Assembly (NCBI RefSeq): GCF_046119375.1 | Contig: NW_027362761.1 | Coordinates: forward strand, 1,035,028,001-1,035,092,000 | DNA: 64,000 nt | DNA from: Phyllobates terribilis | Taxonomy: Eukaryota | Reading direction: 5' to 3' | Shown: piece by piece, positions 13,379-24,013 of the stretch | Position numbering within the stretch: the first letter of the stretch is position 1 | Layout: the number at the start of each line of letters is the position of its first letter | Made by a program: the position numbers and the translations under genes | The notes under the pieces: generated by a model | What the model was told of the DNA's origin: nothing | Seen by the model: only the letters and a program-made list of their open reading frames with translations | Database searches by the model: none

Positions 13379-16300
13379 CTAATAGCCAAATGGCAGGGTG
13401 GTGAAGTCGTCTAATAGGCGCCGCTTTGTGTAAACGCACTTTTGTGTTTTGCGCAGCGGTCTTGTTTCAACGTCCCAGTACTTTTTATTCCTCACAATGC
13501 CCGGCTGTTCTACGACAATTCGCTTCTGTGTTTCTGTGTCAGAATTACGTGGGTAGTCCAGAACTAAATCTTTCAGACTGCTAAAATTAATAGATTGAGT
13601 GTTACCGACATTTAGTGTTATATCCTTAACTTTTAAGACAGTTTTACCAGTGTTGAGTTTGTATCCGTAAGTTTTGGGCCCCGCAGAAACAAAGTCTGTG
13701 ATGTGAGTGTCATCGGGTATCTCACTGGTCAGTTCACCCAGGTAATCGCCTAAAGTCGGCTGCCACTCACCTTCCCTCTGCACAAAAATAACCGAATCTG
13801 TGTCGTGATAAAGGCACCTCTCCTGCAACCGGTCCAGCAGAGAATAGAGCTCTAGCCGGGCATACGCGGTTGTAAAACACGCTATAAAAATGTTGTGTTT
13901 TTGTTGACCGTGTGGTGTCCTTTTGCATATTTCCAGTTAATGGTTGCAGTTTCATCATCAATGAAATGTAACATTGAAATGTCATAGTAAGGTAGAAACA
14001 CATGCTGAAAAAGCTCATCGGGGTTGCTAACAATGCTGGTACATGGTAAATTAGATCTCTGTGCAAACTTTCCCCATAAAGAATTTAAGAAAAGTTTGGA
14101 GATCTGTCTCTTTGCAGGATTCACGCCTATATTTTCAGGCCGTAATTGTACACCTTCTTTTTCAAGAAAGGAGTCAATGTACTGTTTTTTCTTGACATCA
14201 TCACTGCACCAGCTGGGATAACCCGAAGCCTCTTGCTTATCCCGAAGATGTAATTTAATGTAGGGGGCAAACAGATCATCAGTGCTGTTAGGAAAATGAC
14301 ATATTTCGTAGATGTGTGCGATCCTATACCCTTTTTCTATGGCCAGCTCAAGCTCTATAGTGCACCATGTACCTGTCAGGGAACGCTCTTCATCACTATG
14401 TGCACAAACATCCGTTTGTGAATTTACAGCGCATGTGTAGCAAAGGGGGAACATTAACTTTTTGTTGAGTTTTACAGGGAGAACTGGAAAGAATAAATCT
14501 CTTGGAGGGTAGACCTTGACTTTAGCAATGCCAAAGTATTTTTTAATGAAACCAAAATCATCATAGATGATATCTGGGTGGCCTACAGGGTATGTTTTAG
14601 TTTTGTTTACAAAGGGATAAAGACTGCTGAAATCATAGTAATGTAATGTCTCTCCATCTCTCAGGCTGTGATAGAGTTTAATGGCGTTAGTTCGGCTGCC
14701 ATAAAGAGCATCGCGTGGGTCTAAAGGTGTTGGGAATTCCATTTGGAGAAGAAATGTTTGAAGGTTAGAATCTTTTTCAACCATTTCACTCCAGTCGTGC
14801 TCCCACATCACTCTTACGCTGTATCCGCAGCACTGCAAGTAACGCTTTTTAGCTAAAAAGGCGTAATATAACTGGCCATAAGATGTATTTGTGACCTTAT
14901 TTGTGTCATTTTCATTGTAACATACAGGACAGCCATGATAAAAACAACCCTGAAATTCAAATGCTACATGCTGTTTGTTAACATAGGCGTAACCATCTAA
15001 AAAATATCTCCCGACTTGTTTTTCGCCGCCCCTCAAAGCATGCTGAATGGTAATGTTCTCTGTATGTGCTACATACATGAGCCACTGTATAGCGGGTGAC
15101 GAGTAGCGCTTTTTTGTCTTGTGATAATTATCACCGGGTAAAATGGCGATGGTGTTTTTTGGTAGAAATTTAAATCTGTACATTGCCATACATACAGAGG
15201 CCAGGGTGATGAGTTGAAAAGGATCAACACATCGGGACACTACAATTTTTTTCTTTTGCAGCTTACAGTATGTTTTAACATTTTTTCTCGTCATTTCCAT
15301 AATACGCTCTCTGTAAAGTTCACACGAGCGTCTCAAAATCTCAACATCTTGCTGACAATAAGATTTTAGCTCAGCCTTAAAGTCAAAAGTTGAATCAGTC
15401 TGGCTGTCATACCACTCCATGAACTCGCCTTTCTCACTAGCTGACATGTACTCCACACCATAATATTCTACAGCAGGTAGTGGCCCAACATAGTTTTGAT
15501 TTTCTTCGGTGTTAAAAAAGTGTGGGAAGTGACCCTTTGAGCCTGAGAAGCCCATGGCTTGTGGTAGTTTACTAAGCTTCATGGGTATGAAATTTAGCGA
15601 GTCTATGAACCTCATTTCCAAATCAGGCAGCGTCACACACAAGAGACGACCACCTTGAGTTATCAGCTGCACTTTTAGTTTTTCAAAAATCAGCTCCTTA
15701 ACAATAAAGTAAGCGTCGTATCGGCCGGCGTTGTGGGCTATAAACGTATAGTGTGAAAATTTACCGCTGGCAAAGAACTGAACAAAGTCATGAGTGCAAG
15801 TTTTACCTTCAAATTCCCAGGAAAGGTTACCACACAGCGTTGTAGCATAAATGTAATTCGGGATGTGCGTGCCTGTCTCCTGCATGCATTCAAAGTCGTA
15901 AAAGATATAGAGATCTGACTCTTCCTTTGGTACATACCGCCGCATGTAACAAAGATGGTCATCGAATTTATTTAGATGAATGTGACAAACAGTGCAGCGC
16001 AGACCATTACATTTATGTTCAGTCTCACTATTTCGGGCTACAAAACGGTGACATTCATCACAGAATGTTTTAAGCCTACAGAATGTTGATTTTTCTGCGG
16101 CAAATTGTTTGTGATAATCTAAGCACTCGCTCGAGCGACAATACACCCGACAGGTAGGACATCGGGGTTGTTGCGCGCCAGTGCTTTCCACACAACTCTC
16201 TCTTTGACAAGCTCTACAAAAATACTGGCAAGAATGGTTGTACTTGTGATGAAACACCGAATTGCAGCGCTCACAAAAGTGAAACTCACCGATAAAACCC

Positions 16301-17386
16301 TTCATATTTTTGATACCATAGTAGTGTGCATCATGATGCAATAAGAAAATGGTTTTACCGCTAGCTGTGTTGGTTGTTTCAAAGTAACGCCAATCACCCT
16401 GACTGTAGTACAGCACTTTAATGTTGACGTCCAGATGTTTCTCAAAAGCTGCAATATCGCTGAAGCTTACTAGTTGGCTATCAGGTATGCACAAGTCTGT
16501 GTGTAGGCTGTTAGCGCGGCTCAGTAAAACTGCATCACCAACATCGGTGTCTGCCAACAAGGCACACACACTAGCAGCGAAACACAGATTTGTGCTGTAA
16601 TTGTTAAAGTCGTACAGCCACTGTCTCTTTTGTTTGATGATTTGACTGCTCGTTATAGATTTAAGTCGTCTTTTACACCGCCTCGCCTGTTTTTAATGAT
16701 TGTAACGACTAATTTCAGGGAATTGGCTGCTAAACATTCAGCATTACTTTGCAGTGTGCGAGCAACAGCGTTTAAAATGATTCCGAACTAAAATCCTCCC
16801 GACTTTGTTTGGCAGCAAAAATGGGATCTAAGGTGTCACCCCCTTCGAGTCTTAACTGTACAAAATCACCAGGATCGATGTCTTGGATGATTCTGTCCAG
16901 TAATGACTGGACGGCGGCATGCACAGCATTCATGGCATCTACAAATGAATGTATTCGGTCTAAATTTTCAAATCTGAAATGATCAGTATACATGTGCGCA
17001 TTGAAATTGCGGAGATGTCTTTCATGGTGGTGAAAATGCTGTAAAAATACTGAATGATCTGTCCCCGCTACATAATCACCACCACCAATACCTGCAGCAA
17101 CATCATCAGCAACATAATCCTCTACATTTTCAGCATGGGGTTCATTGGGAGAGTTGTTTTGTGAATTTTGAAACACGCTGGTGGTAACATTTGCCGGGGC
17201 ATCTTGACTGTGAAAATGTTGATGGGCTTGTTGTATCAGCAACTGAGGCTCCTGATTAGTTGTTGTGACACGAGAGGCCTCTCGTCGCCTTCTAGCCGCT
17301 AGTGACCGCTTAGCGCTCACCAATAGTTTTAGAGCTCGTTTTATGACTCTGGCTCTGTTATACAGATGTATTGGGGTTTTAGCCAT
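13379..17386 (-). pseudogene. polB: Protein-primed family B DNA polymerase, left arm; full N-terminus but three 1-bp deletions
   Basis: Inverse copy of 17473-21333. One-base-shorter homopolymer runs at about 16775, 16672 and 13893 split it into the three listed ORFs. Confidence 0.93.
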
Positions 17387-17472
17387 TTTCTGCAGTCCAC
17401 AACCAATCTGTCTCAGTCACAAGTTATTTGAATCTACAGATGTTGATGCTGTATCTGTATACAAGCGTCTGA

Positions 17473-20400
17473 ATGTGTGCAGCTCATCAATATTTGCACA
17501 GTCAAGATGCCCCGGCAAATGTTACCACCAGCGTGTTTCAAAATTCACAAAACAACTCTCCCAATGAACCCCATGCTGAAAATGTAGAGGATTATGTTGC
17601 TGATGATGTTGCTGCAGTTATTGGTGGTGGTGATTATGTAGCGGGGACAGATCATTCAGTATTTTTACAGCATTTTCACCACCATGAAAGACATCTCCGC
17701 AATTTCAATGCGCACATGTATACTGATCATTTCAGATTTGAAAATTTAGACCGAATACATTCATTTGTAGATGCCATGAATGCTGTGCATGCCGCCGTCC
17801 AGTCATTACTGGACAGAATCATCCAAGACATCGATCCTGGTGATTTTGTACAGTTAAGACTCGAAGGGGGTGACACCTTAGATCCCATTTTTGCTGCCAA
17901 ACAAAGTCGGGAGGATTTTAGTTCGGAATCATTTTTAAACGCTGTTGCTCGCACACTGCAAAGTAATGCTGAATGTTTAGCAGCCAATTCCCTGAAATTA
18001 GTTGTTACAATCATTAAAAACAGGCGAGGCGGTGTAAAAAGACGACTTAAATCTATAACGAGCAGTCAAATCATCAAACAAAAGAGACAGTGGCTGTACG
18101 ACTTTAACAATTACAGCACAAATCTGTGTTTCGCTGCTAGTGTGTGTGCCTTGTTGGCAGACACCGATGTTGGTGATGCAGTTTTACTGAGCTGCGCTAA
18201 CAGCCTACACACAGACTTGTGCATACCTGATAGCCAACTAGTAAGCCTCAGCGATATTGCAGCTTTTGAGAAACATCTGGACGTCAACATTAAAGTGCTG
18301 TACTACAGTCAGGGTGATTGGTGTTACTTTGAAACAACCAACACAGCTAGCGGTAAAACCATTTTCTTATTGCATCATGATGACCACTACTATGGTATCA
18401 AAAATATGAAGGGTTTTATCGGTGAGTTTCACTTTTGTGAGCGCTGCAATTCGGTGTTTCATCACAAGTACAACCATTCTTGCCAGTATTTTTGTAGAGC
18501 TTGTCAAAGAGAGAGTTGTGTGGAAAGCACTGGCGCGCAACAACCCCGATGTCCTACCTGTCGGGTGTATTGTCGCTCGAGCGAGTGCTTAGATTATCAC
18601 AAACAATTTGCCGCAGAAAAATCAACATTCTGTAGGCTTAAAACATTCTGTGATGAATGTCACCGTTTTGTAGCCCGAAATAGTGAGACTGAACATAAAT
18701 GTAATGGTCTGCGCTGCACTGTTTGTCACATTCATCTAAATAAATTCGATGACCATCTTTGTTACATGCGGCGGTATGTACCAAAGGAAAAGTCAGATCT
18801 CTATATCTTTTACGACTTTGAATGCATGCAGGAGACAGGCACGCACATCCCGAATTACATTTATGCTACAACGCTGTGTGGTAACCTTTCCTGGGAATTT
18901 GAAGGTAAAACTTGCACTCATGACTTTGTTCAGTTCTTTGCCAGCGGTAAATTTTCACACTATACGTTTATAGCCCACAACGCCGGCCGATACGACGCTT
19001 ACTTTATTGTTAAGGAGCTGATTTTTGAAAAACTAAAAGTGCAGCTGATAACTCAAGGTGGTCGTCTCTTGTGTGTGACGCTGCCTGATTTGGAAATGAG
19101 GTTCATAGACTCGCTAAATTTCATACCCATGAAGCTTAGTAAACTACCACAAGCCATGGGCTTCTCAGGCTCAAAGGGTCACTTCCCACACTTTTTTAAC
19201 ACCGAAGAAAATCAAAACTATGTTGGGCCACTACCTGCTGTAGAATATTATGGTGTGGAGTACATGTCAGCTAGTGAGAAAGGCGAGTTCATGGAGTGGT
19301 ATGACAGCCAGACAGATTCAACTTTTGACTTTAAGGCTGAGCTAAAATCTTATTGTCAGCAAGATGTTGAGATTTTGAGACGCTCGTGTGAACTTTACAG
19401 AGAGCGTATTATGGAAATGACGAGAAAAAATGTTAAAACATACTGTAAGCTGCAAAAGAAAAAAACTGTAGTATCCCGATGTGTTGATCCTTTTCAACTC
19501 ATCACCCTGGCCTCTGTATGTATGGCAATGTACAGATTTAAATTTCTACCAAAAAACACCATCGCCATTTTACCCGGTGATAATTATCACAAGACAAAAA
19601 AGCGCTACTCGTCACCCGCTATACAGTGGCTCATGTATGTAGCACATACAGAGAACATTACCATTCAGCATGCTTTGAGGGGCGGCGAAAAACAAGTCGG
19701 GAGATATTTTTTAGATGGTTACGCCTATGTTAACAAACAGCATGTAGCATTTGAATTTCAGGGTTGTTTTTATCATGGCTGTCCTGTATGTTACAATGAA
19801 AATGACACAAATAAGGTCACAAATACATCTTATGGCCAGTTATATTACGCCTTTTTAGCTAAAAAGCGTTACTTGCAGTGCTGCGGATACAGCGTAAGAG
19901 TGATGTGGGAGCACGACTGGAGTGAAATGGTTGAAAAAGATTCTAACCTTCAAACATTTCTTCTCCAAATGGAATTCCCAACACCTTTAGACCCACGCGA
20001 TGCTCTTTATGGCAGCCGAACTAACGCCATTAAACTCTATCACAGCCTGAGAGATGGGGAGACATTACATTACTATGATTTCAGCAGTCTTTATCCCTTT
20101 GTAAACAAAACTAAAACATACCCTGTAGGCCACCCAGATATCATCTATGATGATTTTGGTTTCATTAAAAAATACTTTGGCATTGCTAAAGTCAAGGTCT
20201 ACCCTCCAAGAGATTTATTCTTTCCAGTTCTCCCTGTAAAACTCAACAAAAAGTTAATGTTCCCCCTTTGCTACACATGCGCTGTAAATTCACAAACGGA
20301 TGTTTGTGCACATAGTGATGAAGAGCGTTCCCTGACAGGTACATGGTGCACTATAGAGCTTGAGCTGGCCATAGAAAAAGGGTATAGGATCGCACACATC

Positions 20401-21333
20401 TACGAAATATGGCATTTTCCTAACAGCACTGATGATCTGTTTGCCCCCTACATTAAATTACATCTTCGGGATAAGCAAGAGGCTTCGGGTTATCCCAGCT
20501 GGTGCAGTGATGATGTCAAGAAAAAACAGTACATTGACTCCTTTCTTGAAAAAGAAGGTGTACAATTACGGCCTGAAAATATAGGCGTGAATCCTGCAAA
20601 GAGACAGATCTCCAAACTTTTCTTAAATTCTTTATGGGGAAAGTTTGCACAGAGATCTAATTTACCATGTACCAGCATTGTTAGCAACCCCGATGAGCTT
20701 TTTCAGCATGTGTTTCTACCTTACTATGACATTTCAATGTTACATTTCATTGATGATGAAACTGCAACCATTAACTGGAAATATGCAAAAGGACACCACA
20801 CGGTCAACAAAAACACAAACATTTTTATAGCGTGTTTTACAACCGCGTATGCCCGGCTAGAGCTCTATTCTCTGCTGGACCAGTTGCAGGAGAGGTGCCT
20901 TTATCACGACACAGATTCGGTTATTTTTGTGCAGAGGGAAGGTGAGTGGCAGCCGACTTTAGGCGATTACCTGGGTGAACTGACCAGTGAGATACCCGAT
21001 GACACTCACATCACAGAGTTTGTTTCTGCGGGGCCCAAAACTTACGGATACAAACTCAACACTGGTAAAACTGTCTTAAAAGTTAAGGGTATAACACTAA
21101 ATGTCGGTAACACTCAATCTATTAATTTTAGCAGTCTGAAAGATTTAGTTCTGGACTACCCACGTAATTCTGACACGGAAACACAGAAGCGAATTGTCGT
21201 AGAACAGCCAGGCATTGTGAGAAATAAAAAGTACTGGGAGGTTGAAACAAGACCACTGCGCAAAACACAAAAGTGCGTTTACACAAAGCGGCGCCTATTA
21301 GACGACTTCACCACCCTGCCATTTGGCTATTAG
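17473..21333 (+). CDS. polB: Protein-primed family B DNA polymerase, right arm; open frame lacking the native first 53 codons
   Basis: Exo motifs FYDFE, HNAGRYD and YCQQD; polymerase motifs YDFSSLYP, KLFLNSLWGKF and YHDTDS. Confidence 0.93.
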   Translation: MCAAHQYLHSQDAPANVTTSVFQNSQNNSPNEPHAENVEDYVADDVAAVIGGGDYVAGTDHSVFLQHFHHHERHLRNFNAHMYTDHFRFENLDRIHSFVDAMNAVHAAVQSLLDRIIQDIDPGDFVQLRLEGGDTLDPIFAAKQSREDFSSESFLNAVARTLQSNAECLAANSLKLVVTIIKNRRGGVKRRLKSITSSQIIKQKRQWLYDFNNYSTNLCFAASVCALLADTDVGDAVLLSCANSLHTDLCIPDSQLVSLSDIAAFEKHLDVNIKVLYYSQGDWCYFETTNTASGKTIFLLHHDDHYYGIKNMKGFIGEFHFCERCNSVFHHKYNHSCQYFCRACQRESCVESTGAQQPRCPTCRVYCRSSECLDYHKQFAAEKSTFCRLKTFCDECHRFVARNSETEHKCNGLRCTVCHIHLNKFDDHLCYMRRYVPKEKSDLYIFYDFECMQETGTHIPNYIYATTLCGNLSWEFEGKTCTHDFVQFFASGKFSHYTFIAHNAGRYDAYFIVKELIFEKLKVQLITQGGRLLCVTLPDLEMRFIDSLNFIPMKLSKLPQAMGFSGSKGHFPHFFNTEENQNYVGPLPAVEYYGVEYMSASEKGEFMEWYDSQTDSTFDFKAELKSYCQQDVEILRRSCELYRERIMEMTRKNVKTYCKLQKKKTVVSRCVDPFQLITLASVCMAMYRFKFLPKNTIAILPGDNYHKTKKRYSSPAIQWLMYVAHTENITIQHALRGGEKQVGRYFLDGYAYVNKQHVAFEFQGCFYHGCPVCYNENDTNKVTNTSYGQLYYAFLAKKRYLQCCGYSVRVMWEHDWSEMVEKDSNLQTFLLQMEFPTPLDPRDALYGSRTNAIKLYHSLRDGETLHYYDFSSLYPFVNKTKTYPVGHPDIIYDDFGFIKKYFGIAKVKVYPPRDLFFPVLPVKLNKKLMFPLCYTCAVNSQTDVCAHSDEERSLTGTWCTIELELAIEKGYRIAHIYEIWHFPNSTDDLFAPYIKLHLRDKQEASGYPSWCSDDVKKKQYIDSFLEKEGVQLRPENIGVNPAKRQISKLFLNSLWGKFAQRSNLPCTSIVSNPDELFQHVFLPYYDISMLHFIDDETATINWKYAKGHHTVNKNTNIFIACFTTAYARLELYSLLDQLQERCLYHDTDSVIFVQREGEWQPTLGDYLGELTSEIPDDTHITEFVSAGPKTYGYKLNTGKTVLKVKGITLNVGNTQSINFSSLKDLVLDYPRNSDTETQKRIVVEQPGIVRNKKYWEVETRPLRKTQKCVYTKRRLLDDFTTLPFGY

Positions 21334-22008
21334 TTGAGTATTGTGATGGAGCCGCGGCTACAACACCCATTCTCCTGCATTCTAGCCGGCCCGTCTAATT
21401 CCGGAAAGAGCTATTTTGTAAAACAGCTGTTACATAATATTGAAACTCATTTTTCTCACAAACACAATAATATTGCTTGGTTTTATTCATGCTGGCAAAA
21501 ACTATATGATGAAATCTCTCTCTCTTTTCCCCACATCAGATTTGTGGAGGGTCTGCCGCATACATTCGTAGATGATGGTTTATTCCCGCCTGACAAGGTA
21601 AATTTGACTATTGTTGATGATCTCATGGAGAGTGCTAGCGATAACTGCGAGATAGAAAAAGCATTTACCAAGTATGTTCACCACAGAAATCTCAGCATTT
21701 TCTACCTGGTACAAAACATATTTTGTCAGGGTAAGAAAAGCTGCACAATAACTTTAAACACAAAGTACATGGTGCTTTTTAAAAATCCACGAGATAAATT
21801 ACAAATTTTAACTCTAGCCCGCCAGATGTACCCCGGAAAAACACGTTTTTTCTTGGAAGCTTTTGAGGATGCAACGAGGGAACCTTATGGGTATTTGCTG
21901 TTAGACTTGAGAGCTAATACCCCTGAGGATCTGCGCTTAAGGACGGGGATGTTTCCACCAGCATTGCCCGCTGTCTATGTGCAGAAGAAAAATAGTTCTA
22001 AAAAGTGA
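21334..22008 (+). CDS. FtsK/A32-like packaging ATPase, right arm
   Basis: GPSNSGKS, TIVDDLM, HHRN. Confidence 0.92.
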   Translation: MSIVMEPRLQHPFSCILAGPSNSGKSYFVKQLLHNIETHFSHKHNNIAWFYSCWQKLYDEISLSFPHIRFVEGLPHTFVDDGLFPPDKVNLTIVDDLMESASDNCEIEKAFTKYVHHRNLSIFYLVQNIFCQGKKSCTITLNTKYMVLFKNPRDKLQILTLARQMYPGKTRFFLEAFEDATREPYGYLLLDLRANTPEDLRLRTGMFPPALPAVYVQKKNSSKK

Positions 22009-22387
22009 ATTTTACATGGAATCAGGCATTCTACACTGCGGCCATAGTGTTGTAAAGATGTCTGAGAGACTCCGTCGTAACTGGGCTCTCTTAAAAACAC
22101 TGGTGAAGGCAACACCCGCTGTCAGAAAATCTATTTTGCACAATGCAAGCAGAGATTTAATTACAGCCATAGGTGAAATTGCTTTAAACATTTTAAAAGG
22201 CCGAATACCCCTGAAAGAGCGACAAAAAAACATATTAAAGAAGTGGCGTAAAGCTATAAGAACCCTGAGTGATAGATCGCAGCCCATAAAGAAAAAGAAG
22301 CGCCTACTAAAGCAGACCGGCGGGTTTATAGGTCCTCTTTTAGGATTTGCAATACCGATAATAACAAGTCTGCTCACAGGCAAATAA
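21977..22387 (+). CDS. Small basic pX/pVI-like Maverick protein, right arm
   Basis: Inverse copy of 12325-12735, ending KQTGGFIGPLLGFAIPIITSLLTGK. Confidence 0.7.
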   Translation: MCRRKIVLKSEFYMESGILHCGHSVVKMSERLRRNWALLKTLVKATPAVRKSILHNASRDLITAIGEIALNILKGRIPLKERQKNILKKWRKAIRTLSDRSQPIKKKKRLLKQTGGFIGPLLGFAIPIITSLLTGK

Positions 22388-23157
22388 TGGAGCACACAGA
22401 GAAAATGTATCTAGTTCCCAAACAGGATCTAGTCAAACTAAGACCCCCTAATACAGATAACATACGTGAGAGTGTTATTCGTCGTCTTGATGATGAAATT
22501 AGCGCAGTTTTACAACGTTGTGACATACCCGATGATGTGAAAATTAAAATGTATAGTTCCGTGCTACAACGATACTTGGTACATGCGAGGCACAGTTCAA
22601 AAGAAGTAACAACTTTAAATCTCGTTAGCACTCCTGAATCTGATCAGCAGCAATTGCCAAATTCAGGCCCTGATTAAAATCAAGAGGTCACTGAAATTGT
22701 AAGCCATGTAAACCAACGATATAAAAAGAATGCTGAATTTTTACTAAACAGGCTGCTGCAGAATAAAAATGTTACATCCTGGAATGATAAAAGCGAATTT
22801 ATTTTCAAAGGAACTGTAATACCAGGATCTAACTTGCTGGATTTGGTACGTAGTACAACACAGAGCCATGCCCTGACCAGCAGGAATCTGCCTCGGGGTT
22901 GGGATTCATTTATGCAGGCAATGGCAGAGCTAAATATTCCATCTACAGTTGTGGCCAATCCCGCTACTAGACAGCTTTTAGATGGATTAAAAATTTCCAT
23001 CAGTGAAGGTAGCGATGTATCTACACCCCGGACGCTATCCACACCGACCCGCGCTATTCAATCTTTACACTCTCCATCATTAGGTATCACACAAGGAACT
23101 TTGCTGCCTAAAAAAAGGTCTCTACCATTACTACAATCCATGTGGCTCACGATGTAA
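22387..23157 (+). pseudogene. Maverick conserved accessory ORF (256 codons) with one in-frame TAA, right arm
   Basis: TAA at 22675-22677; the frame continues open to 23157. Confidence 0.75.
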
Positions 23158-24013
23158 GTGATGTATTGGATAAATGATCTGACTGAATTGTAACGCTCTA
23201 TATTAATCTGCAAGAAATGTAATGATGTATATTATTATTATTACATGCATTTTGGTACATGTGAATGTAACACTTTTTATATTATTTTGTAAGAATTGTA
23301 ATGCTGTATATTAATTGTACTTGTGATACTTTTTATAATATTCTGTAAGGATTTTTATATTATTGAAATGTCTTTGAGATGTACGGTATTTATTTTTTAA
23401 AACAATAAAATCGTTTAATACTTTTACTGTGTCTTTGCTTTTTACATCCGTATAAAACACACACTTTATATACTTGGGGGTAGTTGTAACTTGGCCATAT
23501 AGATAATATGCCCAAGCAATAAGATGCACACTATCAAATAAACAGTATGGGGGTATAAAACTCATATAAAATGATAATTGTAACTTGGCCATATACATAA
23601 TATGCCCAAGCAAATTATAAAACTCATATAAAATGATAATTGTAACTTGCCCAGTATTTATCTTTAAAAAAATAAAATCTTTTAATACTTTTACTGTGTC
23701 TTTGCTTTTTACATCCGTATAAAACACACACTTTATATACTTGGGGGTAGTTGTAACTTGCCCATATAATTCATATAAACACAGATCTGCTGGAACAATA
23801 AAATTCATATAAACTCATACACTATCAAATAAGAGTAAATAATTAGATACCATCATCAAACTCATATAAAATTCATATAAAATGATAAGATACAACACAC
23901 GAACTGATAGGGGAGGGGGAGGAGGGGTGTGGCTACACACTTTGATACACTTTGATAGGGGGCGTGGCACCTGTCAAATTGAGTTTGACGAAAGATAGGG
24001 CTGCTACACTACT

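Larger units (their letters stand above)
10971..24013. mobile_element. Palindromic Maverick/Polinton derivative, 13,043 bp, non-autonomous
   Basis: Termini AGTAGTGTAGCAGCC...GGCTGCTACACTACT; 6-bp TSD AGGGCC (10965-10970 and 24014-24019); inverted arms 10971-17227 and 17482-24013, each with polB, ATPase and two small ORFs. Confidence 0.96.

Noticed and set aside
23311-23808. 165-aa ORF in the Maverick subterminal region
   Set aside because: AT-rich direct-repeat DNA, with an internally repeated translation and no counterpart in the left arm.
10971-24013. Palindrome as a pure assembly or chimeric-read artefact
   Set aside because: Matching 6-bp TSD, in-frame restoration of the host pol, CpG-biased arm differences and a 267-bp arm-specific indel. 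Read-level confirmation is still advisable.
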